Source of the DNA: an uncultured Chlamydiae bacterium
GTDB lineage: Bacteria > Chlamydiota > Chlamydiia > Chlamydiales > Parachlamydiaceae
Length of the DNA: 64,000 nucleotides
Reading direction: 5' to 3'
Assembly: GCA_963754655.1 (NCBI GenBank)
Contig: CAVWGN010000001.1
Coordinates: forward strand, 2,272,001 to 2,336,000
The notes below the pieces were generated by a model. That model had not been told where the DNA came from and did no database searches. It saw only the letters and a program-made list of their open reading frames with translations. Within the stretch, counting starts at the first letter, position 1. Each line of letters starts with the position of its first letter. This document shows, piece after piece, positions 19,882 through 28,808 of the stretch. A program made the translations under genes and the position numbers.

Positions 19882-20460
19882 TTAAAAGGAAGAAAGGAAT
19901 TTCTCAACTGAAATGCAGCTAATGGCATGTGCTAAAAGAGAGGCGATAAAGACCGATTCGATTTTCTGTGTTCCCACTAATCGATCCGTATAGGGAATGG
20001 TATTTGTCATCCATAGTGTTTCAAGCGGACAAGCTTCTAAACGCTTGACAAGCTTCATCACATAAGCCATGCGCTACAGTACTCTAAATACGCTTGGCTC
20101 CCTTCTCTTGGCATGCTTTCGCTGCTGATGTTAATGTTGCTCCAGTTGAGCGCATATCATCAGCGAGAAGTACATTTTTTCCATCAACATCCCCGATAAT
20201 TGTCACATCATTCACTTCTGTAGCATCGACTCGCCTTTTGTACACAGCGGCGAAGTCTACATTTAAGTGATCGGCAAAAGCTTGCGCAATTTTGACATTT
20301 CCAATATCAGGGCAACAACAACACAATCAGGGATTTGGCATTCCTGAATCCGCTTGAGCTACTAAATTAGCCGTAATTGGCACGTTTGGCTTATCTATGC
20401 GATCTTTGAGGCAATATCCAAATAAGCGATAACTGCCGTGATCCTCTTCGCCGCTGCAAG
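19882..20460 (-). pseudogene. prs: Ribose-phosphate pyrophosphokinase pseudogene
   Basis: Fragments AAKRITAVIAY, GYC..DR.DKPNVPITANLVA, PDIG..YKRR..IIGDVDGKNVLLADDMRSTGATL and TNTIP lie in shifted frames; N-terminus and an internal block are missing; sits at the usual tRNA-Gln-prs-rplY position. Confidence 0.88.
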
Positions 20461-20477
20461 TGAGTTCGCTATAACAA

Positions 20478-20549
20478 TTGGGGTGGAAGGATTCGAACCT
20501 CCGCATGGCGGTACCAAAAACCGCTGCCTTACCGCTTGGCTACACCCCA
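20478..20549 (-). tRNA. tRNA-Gln (anticodon TTG), CCA not encoded
   Basis: Reverse complement tggggtgtagccaagcggtaaggcagcggtttttggtaccgccatgcggaggttcgaatccttccaccccaa folds as a cloverleaf. Confidence 0.95.
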
Positions 20550-20723
20550 TAATTAGGAGCCTTTGGCGTTAGCAAAGACAGTATCGTAGCGATTGAAGGT
20601 TTTTTTTGCAAGCCGAAAATGAGAAAAAGAGAGTCTCGAAGCTAGAAATTTCAAATTTATTAGCGCTTGGAAATCCCATTTTTTGTATGTTAAGTCTTAA
20701 AAAATGAAAACAGGCCTCTAACT

Positions 20724-22259
20724 ATGCATATTGTTCATATCGCTTCTGAATTAGCACCTCTTGCCAAAGTGGGAGGATTAGCAGATGTTGTCTTGGGTCT
20801 TTGCCGTGAATTATCGTGGAAGGGATACGATGTCGACATTATTATTCCTAAATATGACTGCATGGACAGCGAGCAAATCCGCGATATGGCCATAGAGACT
20901 AAAGACCTCATGTCTTTTTATCAAGGCAACTGGTTTTCTAATACAATTTGGATGGGATGGGTTGAAAATCTTAAAGTTTATTTTATTGAACCGCATCATC
21001 CACGGTTTTTTTTTAATCGAGGCTGCTTTTACGGCTGTGATGACGATATTGAACGCTTTCTTTATTTTTCACGCGCTGCCATTGAATTTATTTATAAGCG
21101 TCCTTTAAATCCCGATATCATTCATCTCCATGATTGGGAAACTGCGGTCATTGCTCCTTTATATGCCGATATGTACCGCAAGATTGGTTTGAATAAACCT
21201 AGAACAGTCTTGACTATTCACAACATGGAATATCAGGGAAAATGTGCAGCGACAGATTTATCTAGCATTGGTTTAGATGGCGCCCTTTACCAACAACCGA
21301 CTAAAATGCAAGATAATCTGTATCCTCATTTGATCAATCTTCTCAAGGGCGGTATTGTCTATTCTGATTTTATTACCACTGTGTCTCCAAGTTACGCTAA
21401 AGAGGTTTTAACATCGGAGGGAGGCAAAGGATTGGAATCTACGCTTGTGCATTATCAGCAGAAATTTAAAGGTGTTTTGAATGGAATTGATTATTCTTAT
21501 TGGAATCCTGAAATTGATCGATTCCTTTCTTCTCACTATTCTCCTCGTGAAATTCCAGCCAATAAAAAAGATCGCAATACGCTTGATAAAAAAAGTTTCA
21601 TTAAAAAACTTTTGCGCGAAAAGCTCAACTTAGCAGAGGATCATCGTCCCATTGTAGGATGCATCACTCGCCTTGTCCCTCAAAAGGGAATTGATCTCAT
21701 TAAGCATACGATACGCCATATCGTCGAGAAAAAGGGACAGTTTGTTTTATTGGGAAGCAGTCCTATTCCATCCATTAGTGCAGAATTTCATCGCCTCAAA
21801 CATCAGTATACAGATCATCCTCATATTAGCTTGACACTTCATCATCAAGAAGAACTTGCTCATTTAATTTATGCGGGAAGCGATATGTTCATTGTTCCTT
21901 CTCTCTTTGAGCCCTGTGGATTGACTCAAATGATTGCCTTGAAATATGGAAGTGTTCCCATCGTTAGACGTACAGGAGGATTGGCTGATACTATTTTTGA
22001 TGTTGACCACTCGGGAAAACCTTTTGAAGAGACTAATGGATATACTTTCGATTTCCCTAATGCACTGGGTTTTGATTCTGCTTTGGATCGTGCGATTTAC
22101 TGCTGGTTTGAAGATCTTGAAAAGTGGCGTAACATCATGATTACCGGTATGAAAATGGACTTTAGCTGGAATCACCCTTCCGATATTTACCTCGACATCT
22201 ACAAAAAGCTGCGTCAGAATGGAAATTCAATAGGATCGAATTTCAAAATAGAGACGTGA
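20724..22259 (+). CDS. glgA: Glycogen synthase
   Basis: KVGGLADV, HLHDW, NGIDY..WNP, RLVPQKG and PSLFEPCGLTQM. Confidence 0.95.
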   Translation: MHIVHIASELAPLAKVGGLADVVLGLCRELSWKGYDVDIIIPKYDCMDSEQIRDMAIETKDLMSFYQGNWFSNTIWMGWVENLKVYFIEPHHPRFFFNRGCFYGCDDDIERFLYFSRAAIEFIYKRPLNPDIIHLHDWETAVIAPLYADMYRKIGLNKPRTVLTIHNMEYQGKCAATDLSSIGLDGALYQQPTKMQDNLYPHLINLLKGGIVYSDFITTVSPSYAKEVLTSEGGKGLESTLVHYQQKFKGVLNGIDYSYWNPEIDRFLSSHYSPREIPANKKDRNTLDKKSFIKKLLREKLNLAEDHRPIVGCITRLVPQKGIDLIKHTIRHIVEKKGQFVLLGSSPIPSISAEFHRLKHQYTDHPHISLTLHHQEELAHLIYAGSDMFIVPSLFEPCGLTQMIALKYGSVPIVRRTGGLADTIFDVDHSGKPFEETNGYTFDFPNALGFDSALDRAIYCWFEDLEKWRNIMITGMKMDFSWNHPSDIYLDIYKKLRQNGNSIGSNFKIET

Positions 22260-22742
22260 ACCGATTAATTCTTCGAGAGTATCTTGTAAATGATGAGTGC
22301 TAAATTCATGGGTGACATGGATGCGCTCTTGATCGATTGACATTTCTCTATTCAAAATCTCTTTTGTGATCAGGTTAGACATGAATTTTTCCCTTTGGAG
22401 TTTGCGCTCTGGAAAGGCTACCTTGAGATCGCGATAGAAGATAATGAGAAGATGAACATTAGGTTTTAAGCGATGGCTCTCTAACAATTGTTGAGCATAG
22501 TGAATACTTTCTTTTAAAAGAGGCTCTTCCTTGACGTCATAAGGACAGGCATAAAATAACACGTAAGTATCAATCTCTTCCAGATCGGGCTTTGCTGTCC
22601 ATTCAATCACTTCCTGTGGATATAAAGCTTGCAATACTTTATGAAGAATTGCTTCTTGAGCATGCGATCCTCCTACCTGAATACGAGGATGAGAGGGAAC
22701 AGAAGACTTTTTAAAAGAAGAAAATTTGTCTAAAGAAGGCAT
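22227..22742 (-). CDS. Hypothetical protein
   Basis: 171-aa ORF with upstream ggaag; no motif recognised. Confidence 0.55.
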   Translation of the reverse strand: MPSLDKFSSFKKSSVPSHPRIQVGGSHAQEAILHKVLQALYPQEVIEWTAKPDLEEIDTYVLFYACPYDVKEEPLLKESIHYAQQLLESHRLKPNVHLLIIFYRDLKVAFPERKLQREKFMSNLITKEILNREMSIDQERIHVTHEFSTHHLQDTLEELIGSRLYFEIRSY

Positions 22743-22937
22743 ACTACCACTTCCTATAAATAAATTTATATCTAAACGAAGTTAAAGATCCCAATTCCTA
22801 AGCACCGCTTATAACAAGTCAATCTTGAATTTATCGCCCTAATTCTCTAAAATCATTGACAACTTTACGAAATGACGCCATAAAACATTTAATTTTCTTC
22901 TAAGTAATAGTGTGTATTAAAAAGGAAAGGTTCACCT

Positions 22938-23558
22938 GTGAGCATTGCAAATTATCTCACCTTTATTCGAATTTTCATTAGCCCTATTTTTTTGCTTGTT
23001 TATCTCGAATATGAGACTTTTAATATCAATCTCATTACCCTTCCCTACGTACTCCTTTTTTTGTTTGGAATTTCAGAATTGTCCGATGCCTGTGATGGAT
23101 ATATTGCGCGTAAATATAATGAAGTCACAGACTTAGGAAAAATCTTAGATCCTATGGCGGATAGCATTTACCGCATTTCGGTTTTTTTAACATTTACCCT
23201 GCCTCCAATTAAACTTCCAATGATTTTAATTTTTCTTATTCTTTATCGCGATTCAGTCATTAGCACATTAAGAACCATTTGTGCTCTAAAAGGTTTCGCC
23301 TTGGCTGCTCGTCCAAGCGGTAAGATCAAAGCAGCCATTCAGGCCTTCTCCGTCTTTGTTATTCTTTTGCTGTTAATTCCTTTTTCTCTTGGACAACTTC
23401 CTGAAGAAACGCTCCAATTAACAAGCACGGTCATTGTATCTGTTGCAAGTATTTATACTTTATTTTCAGGAATTGACTACATTTATGCCAATCGACACTA
23501 CGTCTTAAAACTGATTAGAACGCATAAAGAGAATTCCATTCCCATCACGGAAGTATAA
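22938..23558 (+). CDS. pgsA: CDP-diacylglycerol--glycerol-3-phosphate 3-phosphatidyltransferase
   Basis: ANYLTFIRI; DACDGYIARKY...LGKILDPMAD CDP-alcohol phosphotransferase motif. Confidence 0.9.
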   Translation: MSIANYLTFIRIFISPIFLLVYLEYETFNINLITLPYVLLFLFGISELSDACDGYIARKYNEVTDLGKILDPMADSIYRISVFLTFTLPPIKLPMILIFLILYRDSVISTLRTICALKGFALAARPSGKIKAAIQAFSVFVILLLLIPFSLGQLPEETLQLTSTVIVSVASIYTLFSGIDYIYANRHYVLKLIRTHKENSIPITEV

Positions 23559-23598
23559 AGAAGTCAAAATACTTATATTTTAAGTAAGGATATTCCCA

Positions 23599-25149
23599 AT
23601 GAATCTTTTTCTTATGTCAGCTCTTTCTTTGCCTCTTCACAATACGCCTCTAATAGCTAGTGAATTGAATTCATCCCCTTCCTCTATCACTGAAAAAAAA
23701 TGTGAGGAGACCCGAATTGAAGATCAAATACATTCATTGATTCAACAACTTGCAATCCAACTCGATCCTTGTTTGAATCCGCATCTCAAAGATCGCAATC
23801 AATGGAAAGGCTATCGCTCTATTTTTTTGGAAGATTTAATTCCTGGAGACCTCATCCTCTTTGGATCAGCTGAAAATGACATTCAGACTATAGGCATCTT
23901 GATAGGCGATAATGAATTCATTCACATTGCTTCTGATAAGAACGTATCCGATCTTGACATCCATCACTTATCTGATTGCGAATGGGACATAGCCGGCTCC
24001 TTCCCCTATCGCATAGGGCTTAGACTGGATCAAGAAGATAAGAGCTTAGAAGAGGAACCCTTTATTCAACGACCAGAAGAAGTTGCCTTCTCAGCAAATG
24101 AAATGACAGAAACTTCCTCTTTTGTAGATCCTGCATTTCTTGATGGGCAATTTGCATGCTATTTTATCAATGAGCAAAACATGCCTCTGGTGATTTCGCC
24201 TAAAGGGGATTCTGCTGACTTAACCTCTTTTCAAATTTGGGCTGAAGGACATCAACAAGAATTGGGTTCTTTATTGAAAATAGATGGAGCTTTACTATTG
24301 CGCGACTTTCCTGTCGCAACAGCAGAACAATTTGCTTCTATCATTCAATCAATTTTAGGACGTAAATTAATGGATTATCGCGGCGGAGAAGGATCACGAA
24401 AGAAAGTGGCTGAAGGGGTTTATACTTCTACTGAAGCTCCACCAGAGTTTCATATTCCTCTTCATCATGAACTTTCTTGCTCCAATTATCCGCCTGATTA
24501 CATTTGTTTCTATTGTGAGATTGCTCCCGATTCTGGAAGCGGCCAAACCCTTTTGGGAAAAACCGACTCTATCACACAAGAAATTTTGCTCCATCCTAAG
24601 ATTTGGAATTTTTTCAATGAAAAGAAATTAAAATATATTTCACGACATCCGCCTGCGGGTAGCTTTTTTTCTAAAGTCAACCAAACCCATAAAACTTGGC
24701 AAGATGTCTTTGAAACAAACGATAAAATAGAAGTGGAAAGAATTTGCCAATTAAAAGGATTAAAATATCAATGGCTGGGTGATTGGATTGAAGTTGCAAG
24801 AGTTATTCCAGCCATTCAAGGACCTGATTTTTATTTTGATCATCCTTATTGGTTTAATCAAGCCCACCTTTACCACGCCAATCCCAGGATTCGGGGAGGA
24901 TGGATCAATCACATTCTGGCTAATCTTCTTTATCTCATTCCTTCCACGAAGCAATATGATGTGACGCTTGAAGATGGCTCTCCTATCCCAAAAGAAATCA
25001 TTTATGGTATTTACGATATTTTAGAACACAAAACCATTAAGTTTGATTGGCAAAAAGGAGACGTCTTGATCATAGATAATAGAAGAGCATTGCATGGCCG
25101 AGCTTCTTATTCAGGAGCCCGACGCATTTTAGCTTCTATGGTGCCTTAA
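23599..25149 (+). CDS. TauD/TfdA (SyrP-like) Fe/2OG dioxygenase with an N-terminal NlpC/P60-like fragment
   Basis: GALLLRDF, VYTSTE.PP..IPLHHE, WFNQAHL and WQKGDVLIIDN..LHGR; N-terminal LIPGDLILF..IGILIGDNEFIH. Confidence 0.8.
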   Translation: MNLFLMSALSLPLHNTPLIASELNSSPSSITEKKCEETRIEDQIHSLIQQLAIQLDPCLNPHLKDRNQWKGYRSIFLEDLIPGDLILFGSAENDIQTIGILIGDNEFIHIASDKNVSDLDIHHLSDCEWDIAGSFPYRIGLRLDQEDKSLEEEPFIQRPEEVAFSANEMTETSSFVDPAFLDGQFACYFINEQNMPLVISPKGDSADLTSFQIWAEGHQQELGSLLKIDGALLLRDFPVATAEQFASIIQSILGRKLMDYRGGEGSRKKVAEGVYTSTEAPPEFHIPLHHELSCSNYPPDYICFYCEIAPDSGSGQTLLGKTDSITQEILLHPKIWNFFNEKKLKYISRHPPAGSFFSKVNQTHKTWQDVFETNDKIEVERICQLKGLKYQWLGDWIEVARVIPAIQGPDFYFDHPYWFNQAHLYHANPRIRGGWINHILANLLYLIPSTKQYDVTLEDGSPIPKEIIYGIYDILEHKTIKFDWQKGDVLIIDNRRALHGRASYSGARRILASMVP

Positions 25150-25346
25150 TCGCCCAGCTGCAACCTGATGAATCTTCGTCGCATGATTTTTTGCATTTTG
25201 CAAATTGAGAGGAATGCAAAATCCCTGATGCGTTAAGTTAAGAGATGAGCGTAGCTACGCGACGCCTTCAGTCGCCGCGCCGCTTCGCTCTGGGCTCTAG
25301 GTAAGGGGTTCATAACCCACCCGTTCGGTCGCCCTCTGGGCTCGGT

Positions 25347-26670
25347 GATTGTGTAAAAAATTATGTGCAAAAAAAGGTCATGGTAAGATGATCTCTTATT
25401 AACTACAAAAAGAGGTATACCATGACCAAAAAGTATTCTATTGAGAAAAACAAATTATCTAAAGAAGTTATTGAACAAGATGTTGATTTAATGAAGTCTC
25501 TTATGAAAACTGCTCTCGAAAATTTTTTAGAAGCCGAAATGATCGAGACTTTGGAAGCAAATAAGAGTGAAAGATCCAAAGAAAGAAAAGGCTATAGAGC
25601 AGGTTATTATACAAGGCACTTAGTGACGCGAATAGGCAATATAGAGCTAAAAGTACCAAGAGACAGAGAGGGAATGTTTTCTACCGAGCTTTTTGAACGA
25701 TATGAAAGATCGGAAAAAGCATTAGTATCAGCTCTAGCAGAAATGTATGTCCAAGGAGTATCAACCAGGAAAGTGAAGGCAATCACAGAAGAACTTTGCG
25801 GACATGAATTTTCAGCGACGACAATAAGCAACATCAATAAGAGCTTGGACGAGGACTTAAAGCAGTTTGCAAATAGAAAATTGACAGAAGTTTATCCTTA
25901 TCTAATTGTAGATGCTCGTTATGAGAAAGTTAGAGAAAATGGGATAGTAAAATCGCAGGCTATATTAATTGCAGTAGGTGTGAATGGAGAAGGTTACAGG
26001 CAAGTATTAGCAGTGGAAATTGCAAATCGAGAATCTCACAATAGTTGGAAAGATTTTCTATTGAGATTGAAAGAAAGAGGATTAATAGGAGTTGAGTTGA
26101 TTATTAGTGATGAGCATGCAGGGCTTAGGAAAGCGATAATGGAAGTATTTTATCAAATCCCTTGGCAAAGATGTTATGTTCATTTCTTAAGAAATGCAAT
26201 TGATTATTTACCAAGAAAAGCAAACGACGATTGCTTACAAGAATTGCGATGGATCTATGATAGAAAGGATATTAAAGAAGCCAAAACAGATTTGAATATG
26301 TGGCTAGAGAAGTGGATGATGAAGTATCCAAAGTTATGTACATGGGTGGAGGAAAATATTTTTGAGACATTAACGTTTTACCAGTTTCCAAAACAACATC
26401 ATAAGCATTTAAAAAGTTCGAACTTACTCGAGAGAGTAAATGAAGAAATTAAGAGAAGAACACACGTTATTAGAATTTTTCCAAATGAAGAGAGTTGCTT
26501 AAGATTGATATTAGCAATTGCAGTTGAGGTTCATGAGGGATGGGTAGATAAAAGATATTTAAATATGGATCTATTAAAAGAGCAAAAGAAACAAGAACAA
26601 CTGAGCGTTGAAAAAATAGCTTAACCTAATGAGATCTCTTACCAATTTGCACATAATACTTGACACAACT
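25347..26670 (+). mobile_element. Complete IS256-family insertion sequence (1324 bp)
   Basis: TIRs gattgtgtaaaaaattatgtgcaaa / tttgcacataatacttgacacaact; 8-bp TSD ggctcggt at 25339-25346 and 26671-26678. Confidence 0.93.
25422..26624 (+). CDS. IS256 family transposase
   Basis: VPRDREG, MYVQGVSTRKV, IVDARYEKVR, ISDEHAGL, WQRCYVHF and SNLLERVNEEIKRR. Confidence 0.95.
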   Translation: MTKKYSIEKNKLSKEVIEQDVDLMKSLMKTALENFLEAEMIETLEANKSERSKERKGYRAGYYTRHLVTRIGNIELKVPRDREGMFSTELFERYERSEKALVSALAEMYVQGVSTRKVKAITEELCGHEFSATTISNINKSLDEDLKQFANRKLTEVYPYLIVDARYEKVRENGIVKSQAILIAVGVNGEGYRQVLAVEIANRESHNSWKDFLLRLKERGLIGVELIISDEHAGLRKAIMEVFYQIPWQRCYVHFLRNAIDYLPRKANDDCLQELRWIYDRKDIKEAKTDLNMWLEKWMMKYPKLCTWVEENIFETLTFYQFPKQHHKHLKSSNLLERVNEEIKRRTHVIRIFPNEESCLRLILAIAVEVHEGWVDKRYLNMDLLKEQKKQEQLSVEKIA

Positions 26671-26978
26671 GGCTCGGTCACGGTGGGCTAGTATCGGTCG
26701 TCCTCCGGACTCTAGCAGCATGATCAAAACGCCTTGACTAACATTCAATAGCTTCTACATTGCTGCTAGAGTCCGTAGGACGACCGATACTAGCCCACCG
26801 TGACTGAGCCCAGAGGGCGACCGAACGGGTGGGTTATGAACCCCTTACCTAGAGCCCAGAGCTGGGATGAGAAAACAAAAAAATATTTAACAACTAATTA
26901 TTAGAACGCTTTTCCTCCTATTTTAAATTCGCTTGGCTTTTTAAAAAGAGGCTTTTATAATTGATTGCTCAAAATTAG

Positions 26979-27287
26979 ATGAGGCATAAAATGGATTCAA
27001 AAAGCACTCAAAAGCATGAGCGTCCTTCAGATATACGTAAACAAGTGAAGCATTACCAGGAAAGTCGTGATGAATGGAAGCAAAGAAACGCAGAAAAAAG
27101 AACTAAGATTCAAGCTCTAATGACTGATAAGAAACGATTAGGAGAAAGGCTACAAAAGGAACAAGATAATATCTTGGCATTAAACAAACAGATAAAATGC
27201 CTTCAGTCGAGATTAGAAGAGGTGGAAGAGAAAAGTAAAATCAAAGACAAGCAAATTGATGAATTAAAAAAAAAGCTTGTGCAATAA
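26979..27287 (+). CDS. IS orfA, coiled-coil N-terminal part of the transposase
   Basis: Charged, helical 102-aa ORF ending just after an A9G run; the -1 frame is open into orfB. Confidence 0.75.
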   Translation: MRHKMDSKSTQKHERPSDIRKQVKHYQESRDEWKQRNAEKRTKIQALMTDKKRLGERLQKEQDNILALNKQIKCLQSRLEEVEEKSKIKDKQIDELKKKLVQ

Positions 27288-27355
27288 TTGAGCAAGAAAT
27301 TAGCAACAATCGAAGGGTCGCTCGACATCAATATCCTATATTATTTATATTTTTT

Positions 27356-28675
27356 GTGATTTCACTTGCATTAGCTGCAATAGCATTTAGAGCGATTCAG
27401 CGAATTTTCATCTCCATGCAGAGTTGTAACATTCCAATATTTAAATATTTCAATTTCCAGCCTTCATGGAAAAGCGTCGAATTGTGGTTTTTACGATATG
27501 GGCTTTACAAGCTTATAAAGGCTAAGGAAAAGGCTTCAGATTGGATTATCCTTGTTGATTTTAAAGTTCAAGCTGGTTACCAAAAGTGCTTAATAGTTCT
27601 TGGAGTTCAATTAAGTACATTACAAAGTAAGTTTGAAAAAAGGGGCAGCTTTGATATTCATCATGAAGATTTCCAACCACTAGCGCTACAACCCATGAAT
27701 TCATCAACTGGTGAAAAAGTTGCGCATGTTTTAGAAGAAATATCGGAAAAAATTGGCCCATTTCTGCAGATAGTGGCAGATCATGGCAGTGATGTAAATA
27801 AAGGTGTAAGACTATATTGCCAAAACCATGAAAAAACAATAAACACCTATGATGTGGTCCATAAACTAGCAATTCTATTAAAAAAGGAACTGGAAAAAGA
27901 TGATACTTGGAAACACATAATTCAATTGATTACAGATACAAAACAAAAGACAAAACAGAGTCCAGAGGCTTTTTTGAGCCCTCCCAAACAAAGAGAAAAA
28001 GCGCGATTCATGAATGCTGATATTTTAATTGATTGGCTACAAGATATTTTAAACCTTCTTCAAATGCAAGAGACGATTCCCCATTTAGATATAAATAGAT
28101 TAAAAGATAAAGCTGGTTGGATAGTCGATTTCGAAGAAGTCATTGAAAAATATGCTCAGATGATAGAAATCATTCGTTTGGCAAGGCATTTAGTAAGAAC
28201 TGAAGGTCTTCATAGACGAAGCTATGCGACTTTTTTTCTTAAAGCAAGACTTCACTTTAGAAGTTTGAAACCAGAAGCACTACATTTGGCAAAAGAGATT
28301 TTTTATTTTTTGAAACAGGAAGGTAGAGTGCTATCCAAGGGACAGGTGTTAGTGGGAAGCAGCGAAGGAATAGAGTCTTTGATAGGAAGACAGAAAATAA
28401 TAGTAGAGAGAACCAAAGCGACATCTAGTATAACTAAAAGTATCCTAAGTCTTGCAGGAATGGTTGGGGAAAATAATTGTGATATCTTACAAGAGGCTTT
28501 AGAAACGGTGTCAGTCGAAATGTTGGAGGAATGGGAAGAAACATGGATTGGCAAAACGGATTTAGCAAAACGAAAAGAAGTTTTGAGTTTGGGCAAAGTA
28601 AATTCAGATGTCATTGAACTTACTATAAAATCAAATAAATTGGAACCAGAACCGTTAGCGATTTTAGCTGTGTAA
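27356..28675 (+). CDS. IS orfB, putative DDE transposase
   Basis: Inside TIRs; candidate acidic triad LVDFK / VADHGSD / SSEGIESL and a YDVVH motif. Confidence 0.75.
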   Translation: MISLALAAIAFRAIQRIFISMQSCNIPIFKYFNFQPSWKSVELWFLRYGLYKLIKAKEKASDWIILVDFKVQAGYQKCLIVLGVQLSTLQSKFEKRGSFDIHHEDFQPLALQPMNSSTGEKVAHVLEEISEKIGPFLQIVADHGSDVNKGVRLYCQNHEKTINTYDVVHKLAILLKKELEKDDTWKHIIQLITDTKQKTKQSPEAFLSPPKQREKARFMNADILIDWLQDILNLLQMQETIPHLDINRLKDKAGWIVDFEEVIEKYAQMIEIIRLARHLVRTEGLHRRSYATFFLKARLHFRSLKPEALHLAKEIFYFLKQEGRVLSKGQVLVGSSEGIESLIGRQKIIVERTKATSSITKSILSLAGMVGENNCDILQEALETVSVEMLEEWEETWIGKTDLAKRKEVLSLGKVNSDVIELTIKSNKLEPEPLAILAV

Positions 28676-28808
28676 AAATCGGTTTTTAGCCCTCGTTTTC
28701 TCATCCCAGCCCAGAGCGAAGCGGCGCGGCGACTGAATGCGTGATATGGATGAACGTTGGTGCTCTTGTGGAAGAGATTGGACACAGGGACAAATCATAG
28801 ACTAAGAA

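Larger units (their letters stand above)
26862..28709 (+). mobile_element. Complete unclassified IS (~1.85 kb)
   Basis: Perfect 15-bp TIR ctgggatgagaaaac / gttttctcatcccag; TSD cccagag (7 bp, or 5 bp if the TIR is read as 16 bp). Confidence 0.9.
25223..28742. mobile_element. Family B palindromic MITE interrupted by two IS elements; right terminus missing
   Basis: Removing both IS plus one TSD each restores a palindrome colinear with the uninterrupted copy at 49521-49926. Confidence 0.85.

Noticed and set aside
28303..28785. 160-aa minus-strand ORF
   Set aside because: Antisense shadow of the transposase that crosses the IS boundary.
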